From assembly GCA_021802545.1 (NCBI GenBank), contig JAJZRS010000001.1, positions 30,822 to 94,821 of the forward strand: DNA of 64,000 bases. Reading direction: 5' to 3'. The DNA is from Pseudomonadota bacterium (GTDB taxonomy: Bacteria; Pseudomonadota; Gammaproteobacteria; Burkholderiales; JABEVD01). How positions within the stretch are numbered: the stretch's first letter is position 1; every line of letters begins with the position of its first letter. The position numbers and the translations under genes are program-made. Below the pieces are notes generated by a model. The model saw nothing but the letters and a program-made list of their open reading frames with translations. It was not told the origin of the DNA and did not search any database. Shown here in pieces: positions 9,300 through 18,321 of this stretch.

Positions 9300-9441
9300 T
9301 TGATCCTCCAGTTTTTCGGGCATTCTAGCGTGAGTTTTGTTCAAATGGAACCGGCTTCATGTGCTAGAAATAATATTGTGGGATGTTTAATGATAATAAT
9401 CGATGGCCTGCTCGGCAGGTATTCTTGAAAGGAGCTCAAGC

Positions 9442-10008
9442 ATGACGGTTTTGCCATTGAAGCGTGCAGAAGGAAATCTCCGCCTGCCGGATGCGGCCTC
9501 TTCTTCGGTGCCGAAAGCATCGCCAGACGACCCGGCTGTCAGCGTCATGACCGATTTCAGGAACACGGGCGTTTTCTCGATCAGACAGGATGTACCCGTC
9601 GATGAGGCACTGCTCTACATGAAGACGGCTGGCGTCAGGTTCCTTTTCGTCAAGGACAATGAGGGTCGGCTTTCAGGGCTAGTCACGTCGACCGATATCC
9701 AGGGAGAAAAACCGCTTCGCCATATCCGTGAATCGGGTGCCTCGCGCGATGACGTCCAGATCCGGCACATCATGGTTCCTGTCGATCAATGGGAAGTGAG
9801 CGCGTTTGCCGACGTCGAGAAGGCCAAAATCAGCCATGTCGTCGATTCGTTCAAGGCGGCAGGGCGGCGTCACCTCGTCGTCACAGAAAAAAACGTCGTG
9901 CGCGGCATTTTTTCTGCGACGAGGGTGGAGCAGGCGCTGGGGATCAGGCTGGAAATCGTCAGGACGGCGAAAAGCTTTGCGGAAATCGAAAGCGCGCTTT
10001 TGCGCTGA
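9442..10008 (+). CDS. CBS-domain pair protein
   Basis: AAAGGAG RBS before the ATG at 9442. Two CBS-like units are present (VMTDF...V.EAL..M...GVRFLFV.D..GRL.GLVTSTDI and IMVP...V......V.....VVDSF...GRRHLVV). Confidence 0.7.
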   Translation: MTVLPLKRAEGNLRLPDAASSSVPKASPDDPAVSVMTDFRNTGVFSIRQDVPVDEALLYMKTAGVRFLFVKDNEGRLSGLVTSTDIQGEKPLRHIRESGASRDDVQIRHIMVPVDQWEVSAFADVEKAKISHVVDSFKAAGRRHLVVTEKNVVRGIFSATRVEQALGIRLEIVRTAKSFAEIESALLR

Positions 10009-10016
10009 CGGTTGGG

Positions 10017-10047
10017 ACGGGTAGCGCGCGTCGCTACCCGTTCTCGT
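10017..10047 (+). terminator. Hairpin terminator candidate after the CBS gene
   Basis: Perfect 10-bp stem ACGGGTAGCG/CGCTACCCGT with a 5-nt loop, followed by TCTCGTT. The U-tract is weak. Confidence 0.45.
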
Positions 10048-10126
10048 TAAAAGATTAAACAGTTATAATCGGTCCAACTACAAATTGCGCTGTCCATCTT
10101 CTGGGCGGCGAGCTAGACAGCGGCGC

Positions 10127-13100
10127 ATGGACCAAAATTCATCTCCTTCCGATACGTATCCGGATGCTGCTTCCGAATCGACTTCACATTACGGTGTTTT
10201 CCTGCCGTATCTCGTGCTCATGCTGTCCCTGGCAGCGACTTTCCTGGTATGGACGGTGGAAAGTCGTGTGGTCAATCGGGACGCGCGGGATTATTTCGAC
10301 TTCCGCGCCGACGATGCGGTATTGCAGATGGAAGGGCGTTTGAGGCTTTACGAGCAGGCATTGCGCGGCGCGCAGGCGCTCTTCCTCTCTTCGGGCTCGG
10401 TGAGCCGGGACGAATTCAAAAGCTACGTACTGGGGCTCAACCTGAATGCCGTTTATCCAGGCATCCAGGGGATAGGCTATTCGCTTGTCGTCAAGCCGCT
10501 TGATCTGAAGAAGCACATCGAATCGATACGCAGGCAGGGCTTTCCCGAATACGCGGTGAAGCCTCAGGGCGTGCGCGACCTGTACAGCGCCATCGTCTAT
10601 CTCGAACCCTTCGACTGGCGGAACCAGCGCGCATTCGGCTACGACATGTATTCAGAACCCACGCGGCGCAAGGCGATGGAGACGGCGCGCGATACCGGAA
10701 AAATGACGATGTCTGGCAAAGTCGTTCTCGTCCAGGAAACCAAGAAGGACGTTCAGTCGGGCTTCCTCATGTACCTGCCGATCTACAAAAAGGGCATGCC
10801 TCATGAGACTCTGGCCGAGCGCAGGGCGAACATAGCAGGCTGGGTCTATTCGGTTTTCCGCATGGGAGACCTGATGCACGGCGTGTACAAGGACAGGAAC
10901 GACGAGATCGACATCCATGTCTACGACGGGAAGGAAATGGACGAAAAGTCCATCATGTACGATCTCGAGCCCGGGTTTCCTGCGCGTTCCGTATTCACCA
11001 CGGTGAAGGATCTCACGGTTGCCGGCCACGAATGGACCATATGGATAGGCTCAAGGCCGCAAATGGAAGCCAGGTTCAACTCGAACCAGCCCTTCTGGAT
11101 AGCCGGCGGCGGCACGCTGATCAGCCTGCTGCTCGCCCTCGTCACCTGGATGCAGGTGAACGGAAGAAGGCGGGCGGCAAGGCTTGCCGTCGAACTGAAC
11201 CAGGATCTGATCGAGAGCAGGAAGGCGCTGCAGAACGAGAACGAGAAGAACCTTGCGCTGCTGCACAACGCGAGCGACGGGATCCACATTCTTGACGAAG
11301 CCGGGAACATCATCGAGGCGAGCGATTCATTCTGTTCCATGCTGGGCTACAGCAGGGAGGAAGTGATCGGGATGAACGTTTCCCAATGGGACGCTGGATT
11401 CACGGACAGCGCCATGCTGCTTGCCGCAGTGAGGAAGCAGTTCGAGAGCCCGGTCAGGTCGCAGTTCGAAACGCTGCACAGGCGCAAGAATGGCACGGTC
11501 TTCGAGGTGGAGGTGAGCGGATATCCCCTGGAACTCGAGGGCAGGCAGGTACTCTTCAACTCCTCCCGAGACATCACCGAGCGCAAGCGCCTCGAGAAGC
11601 AGTTGATTGAGCGCGAGAGCCTGTTCCATGCCATCTTCGACCAGGCGCCGAACGCCATCGAGCTGATCGATCCGGAAACGCTGTGTTTCATCGAGGTGAA
11701 CCCGGCAGCTTGCCGAATGCTGGGTTATCCCTACGATGAATTCGTTTCGATGCGGCTGGTCGACACCCAGGTCGACCTGAGTGAAGAGGCGCTGAAATCG
11801 GCGGTGCGGAAAATCGAGGCGTCGGGCTCGATCACGCTCGAGAACCGCCATCGCTGCAAGAACGGCGAAATCCTGGATGTGGAAATCACATCCAAGATGC
11901 TCGACCTTCCCGGCAGAAGGCTCCTGGTCGGCGTCTGGCGTGATGTCACCGAAAGCAGGCGAGCGGAAAGAGCGATGCGCGTCACATCCAGCGTGTTCGA
12001 CACTTCGCAGGAAGGCATTTTGATCACCGACGCGGACAACGTCATCCTGGAAGTCAATCCAGCCTTCTCGAGCATTACCGGCTACTCGCGCGAGGAAGTG
12101 ATCGGCAAAAAGCCCAGTGTGCTGAGCTCGGGGCGCCAGGACAAATCCTTCTACGAGGAAATGTGGCGTATCTTGAATGAAAAGGACGCATGGCGCGGGG
12201 AAATCTGGAACAGGAAGAAATCCGGCGAAGTCTACGCCGAGCTGCTCTCCATCTCCATCATCCGCGACGAGGATGGGAAAACATTGCGCCACGTGGGCGT
12301 GTTCGCGGACATCAACGACCTGAAGCGGCACGAAGCCGAGCTCAGCCGCATCGCCCATTACGATGCGTTGACCGGCATCCCCAACAGGGCGCTTCTGGCG
12401 GACCGCATGAAGCAGGCCATCGCCCAGACCAAACGCGATCACAACTTGATGGCCGTATGCTATCTCGACCTGGACGGATTCAAGGCCGTCAATGACACGA
12501 TGGGGCACGAGGCGGGGGACGAAGTCCTGATCAGTGTCGCGGAGCGCATCAAGGGCACGATACGCGGCGGAGATACCGTGGCAAGACTGGGTGGAGACGA
12601 GTTCGTGGTTTTGCTGCTGGGGCTCGAGAAGGGTGAGGAATGCGTGGCGACGCTCGGGAGACTGCTTGAAGCGATTTCCATTCCCTTCGAGATCAAGGGG
12701 AAAGTCTTTGCCCTGGGTGCAAGCATCGGCGTCAGCATCTATCCGCTGGACGACGAGGATGCGGACACCCTGATGCGCCATGCAGACCAGGCCATGTACC
12801 AGGCCAAACAGTCGGGCAAGAACCGCTTCGACATCTATGACCCGTCGCTTGATTTGCGCGCCAGGGATCATCGAGAATTCATGAAGAGCGTCAGGCAGGC
12901 CATCGATAATGAGGAGTTCGAGCTTTATTATCAGCCCAAGATCAATCTGAGGACGAGGCGGATGGTCGGCGCAGAAGCCCTCCTGAGATGGCATCATCCG
13001 GAGCGCGGACTCCTTTCGCCGGCGGAATTTCTGTATCTGGTCGAAAACACCGAACTCGATATCGAAATCGGCGAATGGGTGGTCGAGACTGCGCTCGCCC

Positions 13101-13630
13101 AGCTCAGAAAATGGAACCGGGCAGGGCTCGACATCGGGGTCAGCATCAATATTTCGGCCTACCACCTCGAATCGAAAGGCTTCGTTGACATGCTGAAGAA
13201 GAAGCTCGACCTGTACCCGGATGTACATGCGAGCAGCATCCAGATCGAGATTCTGGAAACGGCCGCCCTTGCCGATGTGGCCATTGTTTCGGGCGTCATC
13301 GAGGCATGCAGAAAGTTCGGCGTGGGGTTCGCGCTGGACGATTTCGGAACCGGGTATTCTTCACTTGCCTATCTGAGCCGCCTGCCCATCGATTCGCTCA
13401 AGATCGACCAGTCTTTCGTCAGGGGCATGTTGAACGACAAGGGGGATCTCGCCATCGTTCAGGGCATCGTTGCGCTCGCCAGCGCATTCGAACGGCAAAC
13501 CATCGCTGAAGGCATCGAGTCGGATGCGCATTATGCTATGCTCGTTAAAATAGGATGCGATGCTGGGCAGGGCTACGGCATCGCCCGGCCGATGCCTGCA
13601 GAAGAACTGACGAACTGGAGGATGAAATGA
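10127..13630 (+). CDS. CHASE-TM-PAS-PAS-PAS-GGDEF-EAL signalling protein (diguanylate cyclase/phosphodiesterase)
   Basis: ATG at 10127; the listed ORF starts at a TTG at 10085. Periplasmic CHASE-like block (YPGIQGIGYSLVV, IVYLEPFDWRNQRAFGYDMYSEP). Three PAS-like units each end in RDITERKR- or RDVTESRR-type linkers. GGDEF site is RLGGDEFVVLL. EAL site is GAEALLRW...DDFGTGYSSL. Confidence 0.9.
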   Translation: MDQNSSPSDTYPDAASESTSHYGVFLPYLVLMLSLAATFLVWTVESRVVNRDARDYFDFRADDAVLQMEGRLRLYEQALRGAQALFLSSGSVSRDEFKSYVLGLNLNAVYPGIQGIGYSLVVKPLDLKKHIESIRRQGFPEYAVKPQGVRDLYSAIVYLEPFDWRNQRAFGYDMYSEPTRRKAMETARDTGKMTMSGKVVLVQETKKDVQSGFLMYLPIYKKGMPHETLAERRANIAGWVYSVFRMGDLMHGVYKDRNDEIDIHVYDGKEMDEKSIMYDLEPGFPARSVFTTVKDLTVAGHEWTIWIGSRPQMEARFNSNQPFWIAGGGTLISLLLALVTWMQVNGRRRAARLAVELNQDLIESRKALQNENEKNLALLHNASDGIHILDEAGNIIEASDSFCSMLGYSREEVIGMNVSQWDAGFTDSAMLLAAVRKQFESPVRSQFETLHRRKNGTVFEVEVSGYPLELEGRQVLFNSSRDITERKRLEKQLIERESLFHAIFDQAPNAIELIDPETLCFIEVNPAACRMLGYPYDEFVSMRLVDTQVDLSEEALKSAVRKIEASGSITLENRHRCKNGEILDVEITSKMLDLPGRRLLVGVWRDVTESRRAERAMRVTSSVFDTSQEGILITDADNVILEVNPAFSSITGYSREEVIGKKPSVLSSGRQDKSFYEEMWRILNEKDAWRGEIWNRKKSGEVYAELLSISIIRDEDGKTLRHVGVFADINDLKRHEAELSRIAHYDALTGIPNRALLADRMKQAIAQTKRDHNLMAVCYLDLDGFKAVNDTMGHEAGDEVLISVAERIKGTIRGGDTVARLGGDEFVVLLLGLEKGEECVATLGRLLEAISIPFEIKGKVFALGASIGVSIYPLDDEDADTLMRHADQAMYQAKQSGKNRFDIYDPSLDLRARDHREFMKSVRQAIDNEEFELYYQPKINLRTRRMVGAEALLRWHHPERGLLSPAEFLYLVENTELDIEIGEWVVETALAQLRKWNRAGLDIGVSINISAYHLESKGFVDMLKKKLDLYPDVHASSIQIEILETAALADVAIVSGVIEACRKFGVGFALDDFGTGYSSLAYLSRLPIDSLKIDQSFVRGMLNDKGDLAIVQGIVALASAFERQTIAEGIESDAHYAMLVKIGCDAGQGYGIARPMPAEELTNWRMK

Positions 13631-14457
13631 GCAAGAATCAAGCCCTGTTGCGTCTGCGTTCCCTGCCTGTCATGCCCAGGATCGCAATGGAAATCCTGTC
13701 GCTCAGAATCGCGACGGAAGAAGGGGAGAAGGCGCTGCTCGAACTGATCAGGAAGGATCCCGCGATTTCTGCGAAGGTCATCGGGCTCGCCAATTCCCCT
13801 GCATTTGGCACAACGAAAAAGATCGTTTCGGTGAATGATGCTGCAGCAAGGCTGGGCATCAAAAGGGTCAAGCTGACGGCGATGATTTTCGCCATGATGG
13901 CAGCGATGATGCGCACGCCGAGCGGGCTGCTCAATGCGGGGGGCCTGTGGAAGCACAGTCTTGCTGTTGCCATGACGATGAATGCCCTTGCTCAATACAT
14001 GCCCGAGGACATGCGCCCCATGGAAGACGATCTTTTTTTGGCAGGCCTGCTCCACGATATCGGTTTCCTGGTCCTGGATTCCATCGATCCGGTGCTGAGC
14101 GACAGTTTCCATGCGAGGCTGGTAGCTGAAAACGGGCATTCAGAAGAAGAAATCGAGAGCGCGATGCTGGAAATGAGCCACTGCGAACTGGGTGCCGAGC
14201 TGGCGAAGCATTGGGGCTTGCCGCAAACCATCATTGAGGTGCTGCGGCATCATCATCATCCCAAGAAAAAATCAGGGCCGATGGTGATGATGGCATGCAT
14301 TGCCGAGAAGCTGCTTCCCACTTTCGGCAATCCGGAAAATCAGCTTCCCATCTCCCAGGAGGAATGGAGATCCATCGGCATCGATCCCGAAAGGCAGGGT
14401 GAAATCAGCGAAATGGCGAAGCTGCACGCAAGGGAAGTTGCCGCATCCCTGGGCTGA
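13627..14457 (+). CDS. HDOD-domain protein
   Basis: The ATG overlaps the upstream stop (ATGA-type coupling). HDOD hallmarks are present: LPVMPRIAMEIL, DPAISAKVIGLANSPAFG, LWKHSLAVA, AGLLHDIGFLVL. Confidence 0.8.
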   Translation: MSKNQALLRLRSLPVMPRIAMEILSLRIATEEGEKALLELIRKDPAISAKVIGLANSPAFGTTKKIVSVNDAAARLGIKRVKLTAMIFAMMAAMMRTPSGLLNAGGLWKHSLAVAMTMNALAQYMPEDMRPMEDDLFLAGLLHDIGFLVLDSIDPVLSDSFHARLVAENGHSEEEIESAMLEMSHCELGAELAKHWGLPQTIIEVLRHHHHPKKKSGPMVMMACIAEKLLPTFGNPENQLPISQEEWRSIGIDPERQGEISEMAKLHAREVAASLG

Positions 14458-16716
14458 TCATTTCGATTCCATCACCCATACGCCGTCCCAGTCCTCGGGG
14501 GGAGGCGAGGCTTTCAGCATTTCGCAGCGATGCAGATAGAGCTTGGAAAGCTTGTCTTCAGCGTTCAATGACAGGGCCTGGTTGAAGAGCTCCATTGCCT
14601 GATCCCACTTCTTCTGGCGGTATTTCGCCAGCCCGTCCCTGAAGAAAGAGAGCACTTCAACGATATTCGGAAAGGTATGCTCGGAATGGTAGTCCAGGAT
14701 CTCGTAGACCGCGACGGGCTTGGTCTTGCCCTTCACGACCACGAGGTCGGCTTCCCTGCTTCTATAGGTGCCCTTGAGCTTTCTGAAGGTGCCTTCGCTC
14801 ACCAGTATCCTTGCGCCGTATTGCTTGCATGCGGATTCCAGGCGCGCTGCGAGGTTCACGCCGTCCCCGATGATGGTGTAGTCCATGCGCTTTTTCGAGC
14901 CGATGTTTCCCGATACGACGAAATCGGTATTGAGGCCGATGCCGATGTCGACGGGCATCTTGCCTTCCGCGCGGCGCACTTCGTTCCATGAAAAGAGCGA
15001 CTTCAGCATCTCGATCGCCGTCCTCACCGCCCTGTCCTCCTCGTCGCCCTTGGCCTCCGGAATGCCGAACACGGCCATGATGGCGTCCCCGATGAACTTG
15101 TCGAGCATCCCGCCTTCGTTCTGGATGCAATCCACCATCAGGGTGAAATATTCGTTGAGCAGGGACACCGTGGCCTGGGCGCCGAGCTGTTCGGTGACCG
15201 TCGTGAAGCCGCGCACGTCGGAAAAGAGGACGGTGCATTCGACACTCTGTCCCCCCAGCAGTTCTCCGCCCTGAGCGACCACGCGATCTGCAAGGGAGGG
15301 GTCCATGTAGCGCGCCATGGTCGACTTCAATCGCTTCTCGGAGCTGATGTCCTCGATCACCAGCATCGAGCCCATGCGCTTCTTTTCATTGCTCACCAGG
15401 GGCTGGACGGTCAGGTTGACGGAAAGCGTTTCGCCTTCCACGTCGATGTTGGCATCCATGGTCACTTCGGGCTTTTGCGACTCGGCCACCGCCTTGATCT
15501 TTTCGGCCACCCAGGCATTCTTTTCAGAGAAGAATTCGCCCACTTCCCTGTTCAGGATGCGGTCAGGGGAAACCCTGAGTATCTCGAGTCCGGCCGAATT
15601 GCAGGTGACGATCTTTTCGTTCTCGTCGAGCGTGATGAGGCCGTTCGTCATGTTCTCGAGCATCGCCTCGTTGTAGTTCTTCATGTTGTGGACATCGGCG
15701 AAAAGCTTGGCGTTCTCGAGCGCGATCGAAACCTGGGCGGTGAAGGCTTTCAGCCTGGCCTCGTCTTCCGAGGTGAAAGGGCCGCCGCGCTTGTTGAGCA
15801 CCTGGGTGACGCCGATGATCTTGCCGCTCTTGTTGACGACGGGAACGCAGAGAATGGAACGGGTGAAATAGCCCGTTTTCTTGTCGAAAGCGGGATTGAA
15901 GCGCAGGTCGGCATAGGCATGGGGGATGTTGACCGTCTTGCCCGAGGTGAAGACAGCGCCTGCGATGCCGAGATGGTTGGGGAGCCTGATCTGCATGGCG
16001 TCCAGCCCCTGTCCGACTTCTGACCAGAGCTGGTTCGTTTTCTCGTCGTTGAGGAAAAGGGTGGAGCGCTCGGCGTTCAGCATGCTGGTCGCCTCCCCCA
16101 TCACCTTCTGAAGCAGGGAGCCGAGCTGGATGTCGGCCGTGACTTCGGAGACGATATTGACGAATTCCATTTCCTGTTTGCGCAGTTTCTGCATGCGCTC
16201 GATGAACTGGGCGCTCAGCAGGGCCAGCGAACACTGGGCGACCATGTCTTCGAGCAGCGCCTGATCTTCATCGCCGAAATGGCCGGTTTTCTTGTTGAGG
16301 GTTTGCGCGACGCCGATGATCTCTCCCTTGTGGGAAGTGATCGGCACGCAGAGGATGTTCCGGGTGACGAATCCCGTCTGCTCGTCCACGCTCCGGTTGA
16401 AGCGCGGATCCGAATAGGCGTCGAGGATGATCTGGCTTTGTCCTGTCGAGAAGACATAGCCGGCAACGCCGGCATTGTTGGCCATGCGGATTTCGCGCAG
16501 GAAATTCCCCTGGGCCACGCGCGAATAGAGCTCGTTCGTCTCGGGATCGTTGAGGAAGAGAGTGCTTCTTTCCGTATCGAGCTCGATGGTGGTGTATTCG
16601 ACCAGGGTGCGCAGCACGTCGTCGAGGGTGTCCTGCTCGCCGATCCTCCTGGAAAGGGCGAGCAGCATTTCGGCGCGCATCAGGCGCTCTTTCTGAGTAT
16701 GTTTGGCTGCCGTCAT
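14458..16716 (-). CDS. GAF-GAF-PAS-class III adenylate/guanylate cyclase with C-terminal TPR-like tail
   Basis: Two GAF-like units (ERSTLFLND...TNELYS / ERSTLFLNDEKTNQLWS). A PAS-like segment is present. The cyclase catalytic block is VLFSDVRGFTTVTE...KFIGDAIMAVFG...GNIGS...DYTIIGDGVNLAARLE. The C-terminal helical repeat is AMELFNQALSLNAEDKLSKLY. Confidence 0.85.
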   Translation of the reverse strand: MTAAKHTQKERLMRAEMLLALSRRIGEQDTLDDVLRTLVEYTTIELDTERSTLFLNDPETNELYSRVAQGNFLREIRMANNAGVAGYVFSTGQSQIILDAYSDPRFNRSVDEQTGFVTRNILCVPITSHKGEIIGVAQTLNKKTGHFGDEDQALLEDMVAQCSLALLSAQFIERMQKLRKQEMEFVNIVSEVTADIQLGSLLQKVMGEATSMLNAERSTLFLNDEKTNQLWSEVGQGLDAMQIRLPNHLGIAGAVFTSGKTVNIPHAYADLRFNPAFDKKTGYFTRSILCVPVVNKSGKIIGVTQVLNKRGGPFTSEDEARLKAFTAQVSIALENAKLFADVHNMKNYNEAMLENMTNGLITLDENEKIVTCNSAGLEILRVSPDRILNREVGEFFSEKNAWVAEKIKAVAESQKPEVTMDANIDVEGETLSVNLTVQPLVSNEKKRMGSMLVIEDISSEKRLKSTMARYMDPSLADRVVAQGGELLGGQSVECTVLFSDVRGFTTVTEQLGAQATVSLLNEYFTLMVDCIQNEGGMLDKFIGDAIMAVFGIPEAKGDEEDRAVRTAIEMLKSLFSWNEVRRAEGKMPVDIGIGLNTDFVVSGNIGSKKRMDYTIIGDGVNLAARLESACKQYGARILVSEGTFRKLKGTYRSREADLVVVKGKTKPVAVYEILDYHSEHTFPNIVEVLSFFRDGLAKYRQKKWDQAMELFNQALSLNAEDKLSKLYLHRCEMLKASPPPEDWDGVWVMESK

Positions 16717-17123
16717 TTTTCTTCCAGCCTCTGACGCAGCAGGACGACCGTTTGCTTCAGCTGGGCGATCTCGTCCTGTGCGTTCTTCTTTTCCTGGGCG
16801 ACTGCGTTTTCCTGATCGATTTTCGCCAGTTCAAGGGCGTTCCTCAATGAAACGGCCGTCTCCTTGATCTGGTTCATTTCGTCATGGAAAAGCGAGGCGG
16901 CCTTCTGGATCATGCTCTCCCTGTCGGCGCGTTCTTCCTCGAGCTTGTCGCGCAATTCGGTGATCGTCGATTTGAGATGCAGGGTTTCCTGGGCGTGCTC
17001 CGTGCGCAGAACCTGAATCGCATGTTCGTGCTCGATGACGAGCTGTTCCAGCCTGTTGCGCAAGGCGAATACGGTTTGCTGCAGTTGCCTGATCTCGGCT
17101 TCCTGAAGCGCTTCATTTTCCAA
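16713..17123 (-). CDS. Coiled-coil protein of unknown function, upstream of and overlapping the cyclase gene
   Basis: Heptad-rich, Glu/Gln/Leu-rich sequence with a 4-nt overlap with the cyclase start. The ORF is open up to 17291 but no upstream ATG has an RBS. TTG at 17123 is preceded by AGGAG at 8 nt and leaves a normal divergent intergenic region. The start is uncertain. Confidence 0.45.
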   Translation of the reverse strand: MENEALQEAEIRQLQQTVFALRNRLEQLVIEHEHAIQVLRTEHAQETLHLKSTITELRDKLEEERADRESMIQKAASLFHDEMNQIKETAVSLRNALELAKIDQENAVAQEKKNAQDEIAQLKQTVVLLRQRLEEK

Positions 17124-17253
17124 TCTCGAGGCTCCTGTGAGGCCGCATTTGGAATCATTGCTTTCCCCAGGGGTCGATTCTAAGGTACATCCATGCGACT
17201 CACAAGGGGGCGGGGCATTGCATCGCCCCTTGCCCATGCCTAGAATAGGAAAC

Positions 17254-17736
17254 ATGGAAGAATTGGCTACGCTCGAAGAGATCATGAACATGCTGCTGGA
17301 ATGCGAAATGTTTTCCAGCTTCGACAGATTCGAAATAGGCTCGATTGCCGCCTATTTCAATTATGTCGAGGTCAAAAAGGGCGAAGAGGTGTTCAAGGAA
17401 GGCGATCCGGGCACGTTCATGTGCATCGTCCATACCGGAACGGTATCCATATTCAAGAGCGACCTCGAGGGGAACGTCTTCGAAATCGCGAAGCTGCCGT
17501 CAGGACGGCCTTTCGGGGAGATGGCCCTGCTTGACGGAGAGCGGCGTTCGGCAACCTGCAAGGCGGCCACGGATTGCGGCTTGCTGACGCTTTCGAAAGA
17601 TGCGCTCGACAGCATGGTCGACGAATCGCCGGCGACCGCGGCGAGGGTGGTGCGCGCGGTGGCTATTTCGCTTTCGAGGCGGCTGCGCATGGCCGACGGC
17701 CAGCTGATCGACCGCAGAAGACGCAACGCTTACTGA
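17254..17736 (+). CDS. Stand-alone cyclic-nucleotide-binding (cNMP/CAP-effector type) domain protein
   Basis: AGGAAA lies before the ATG at 17254. The cNMP-binding signature is FKEGDPGTFMCIVHTG......GRPFGEMALLDGERRSATCKA. No DNA-binding domain follows. Confidence 0.8.
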   Translation: MEELATLEEIMNMLLECEMFSSFDRFEIGSIAAYFNYVEVKKGEEVFKEGDPGTFMCIVHTGTVSIFKSDLEGNVFEIAKLPSGRPFGEMALLDGERRSATCKAATDCGLLTLSKDALDSMVDESPATAARVVRAVAISLSRRLRMADGQLIDRRRRNAY

Positions 17737-17891
17737 GGGCCTGGGCTTCCTTCATGGGCATGACCATCCTTTCCGAGAAGTTCTGCGGAAATCCTGTCAT
17801 GCACGATGTTCCTCGGCCCGGAAGTCTCCTCCACCACCTTCAGGATCTGTCTGAGCCAGTCAGGGTGCCTGTCGTCGATGATCTCTTTCAT
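17730..17891 (-). CDS. 53-aa hypothetical small protein (below the ORF-track cutoff)
   Basis: Hand translation gives MKEIIDDRHPDWLRQILKVVEETSGPRNIVHDRISAELLGKDGHAHEGSPGPQ. AAGGAA lies about 8 nt upstream of the ATG. The 3' end overlaps the convergent cNMP gene by 7 nt. No family was recognised. Confidence 0.3.
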   Translation of the reverse strand: MKEIIDDRHPDWLRQILKVVEETSGPRNIVHDRISAELLGKDGHAHEGSPGPQ

Positions 17892-18061
17892 TGCGTGTTT
17901 CCTTCTCTCTTCAGATACTTAAGATCTATTGATTTGCTGTGAGATAGATCGTTTGACTATTAAAATGGTATTAAGGCTCATTGGATTTGCAATCGCTTTA
18001 TCCATTGCGATTGGAACGGGCGATGAGCTGGGGGCGTTTCAGCTATTGGATACGCGCAAAC

Positions 18062-18093
18062 AAAAACAGCCTGGAGAAAACTCCAGGCTGTTT
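18062..18093 (-). terminator. Rho-independent terminator (best on the minus strand), now without an adjacent upstream gene
   Basis: Perfect stem CAGCCTGGAG/CTCCAGGCTG (extendable to 13 bp) with a 4-nt loop. On the minus strand it is followed by TTTTT. It sits directly beside the decayed tRNA-end repeat at 18102. Confidence 0.7.
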
Positions 18094-18101
18094 AGCTTGA
18101 T

Positions 18102-18119
18102 TGGTGCGCAATAGGAATC
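18102..18119 (-). repeat. Decayed copy of the tRNA-Thr 3' end (old att remnant)
   Basis: TGGTGCGCAATAGGAATC versus the tRNA 3' end TGGTGCCGGCAATAGGAATC: 18 matching nt with one 2-nt gap, in the same orientation as the other two copies. Confidence 0.55.
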
Positions 18120-18321
18120 TTGTGGAAATTGCAGCTACCTGTATAAAAACAACAAAAGCCGATTCGGTTTTTGCCATATACCCCCAGAAATACCCCCATC
18201 TTTGAAAGCCCCCGGAAAATCCGCGGTTCGGTTTCCAGTTGAATCATCCGGTCATTTTGTTGCATCCATGGGCATTCTGAAAAATTGCAGCAACAATATT
18301 CATTGAATCGGGAGCGATTCT

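Noticed and set aside
11327-13228. 633-aa minus-strand ORF inside the GGDEF-EAL gene
   Set aside because: It is antisense to a gene with unmistakable PAS/GGDEF/EAL motifs. The translation is low-complexity (Arg/Asp/His/Val-rich). It is a shadow ORF.
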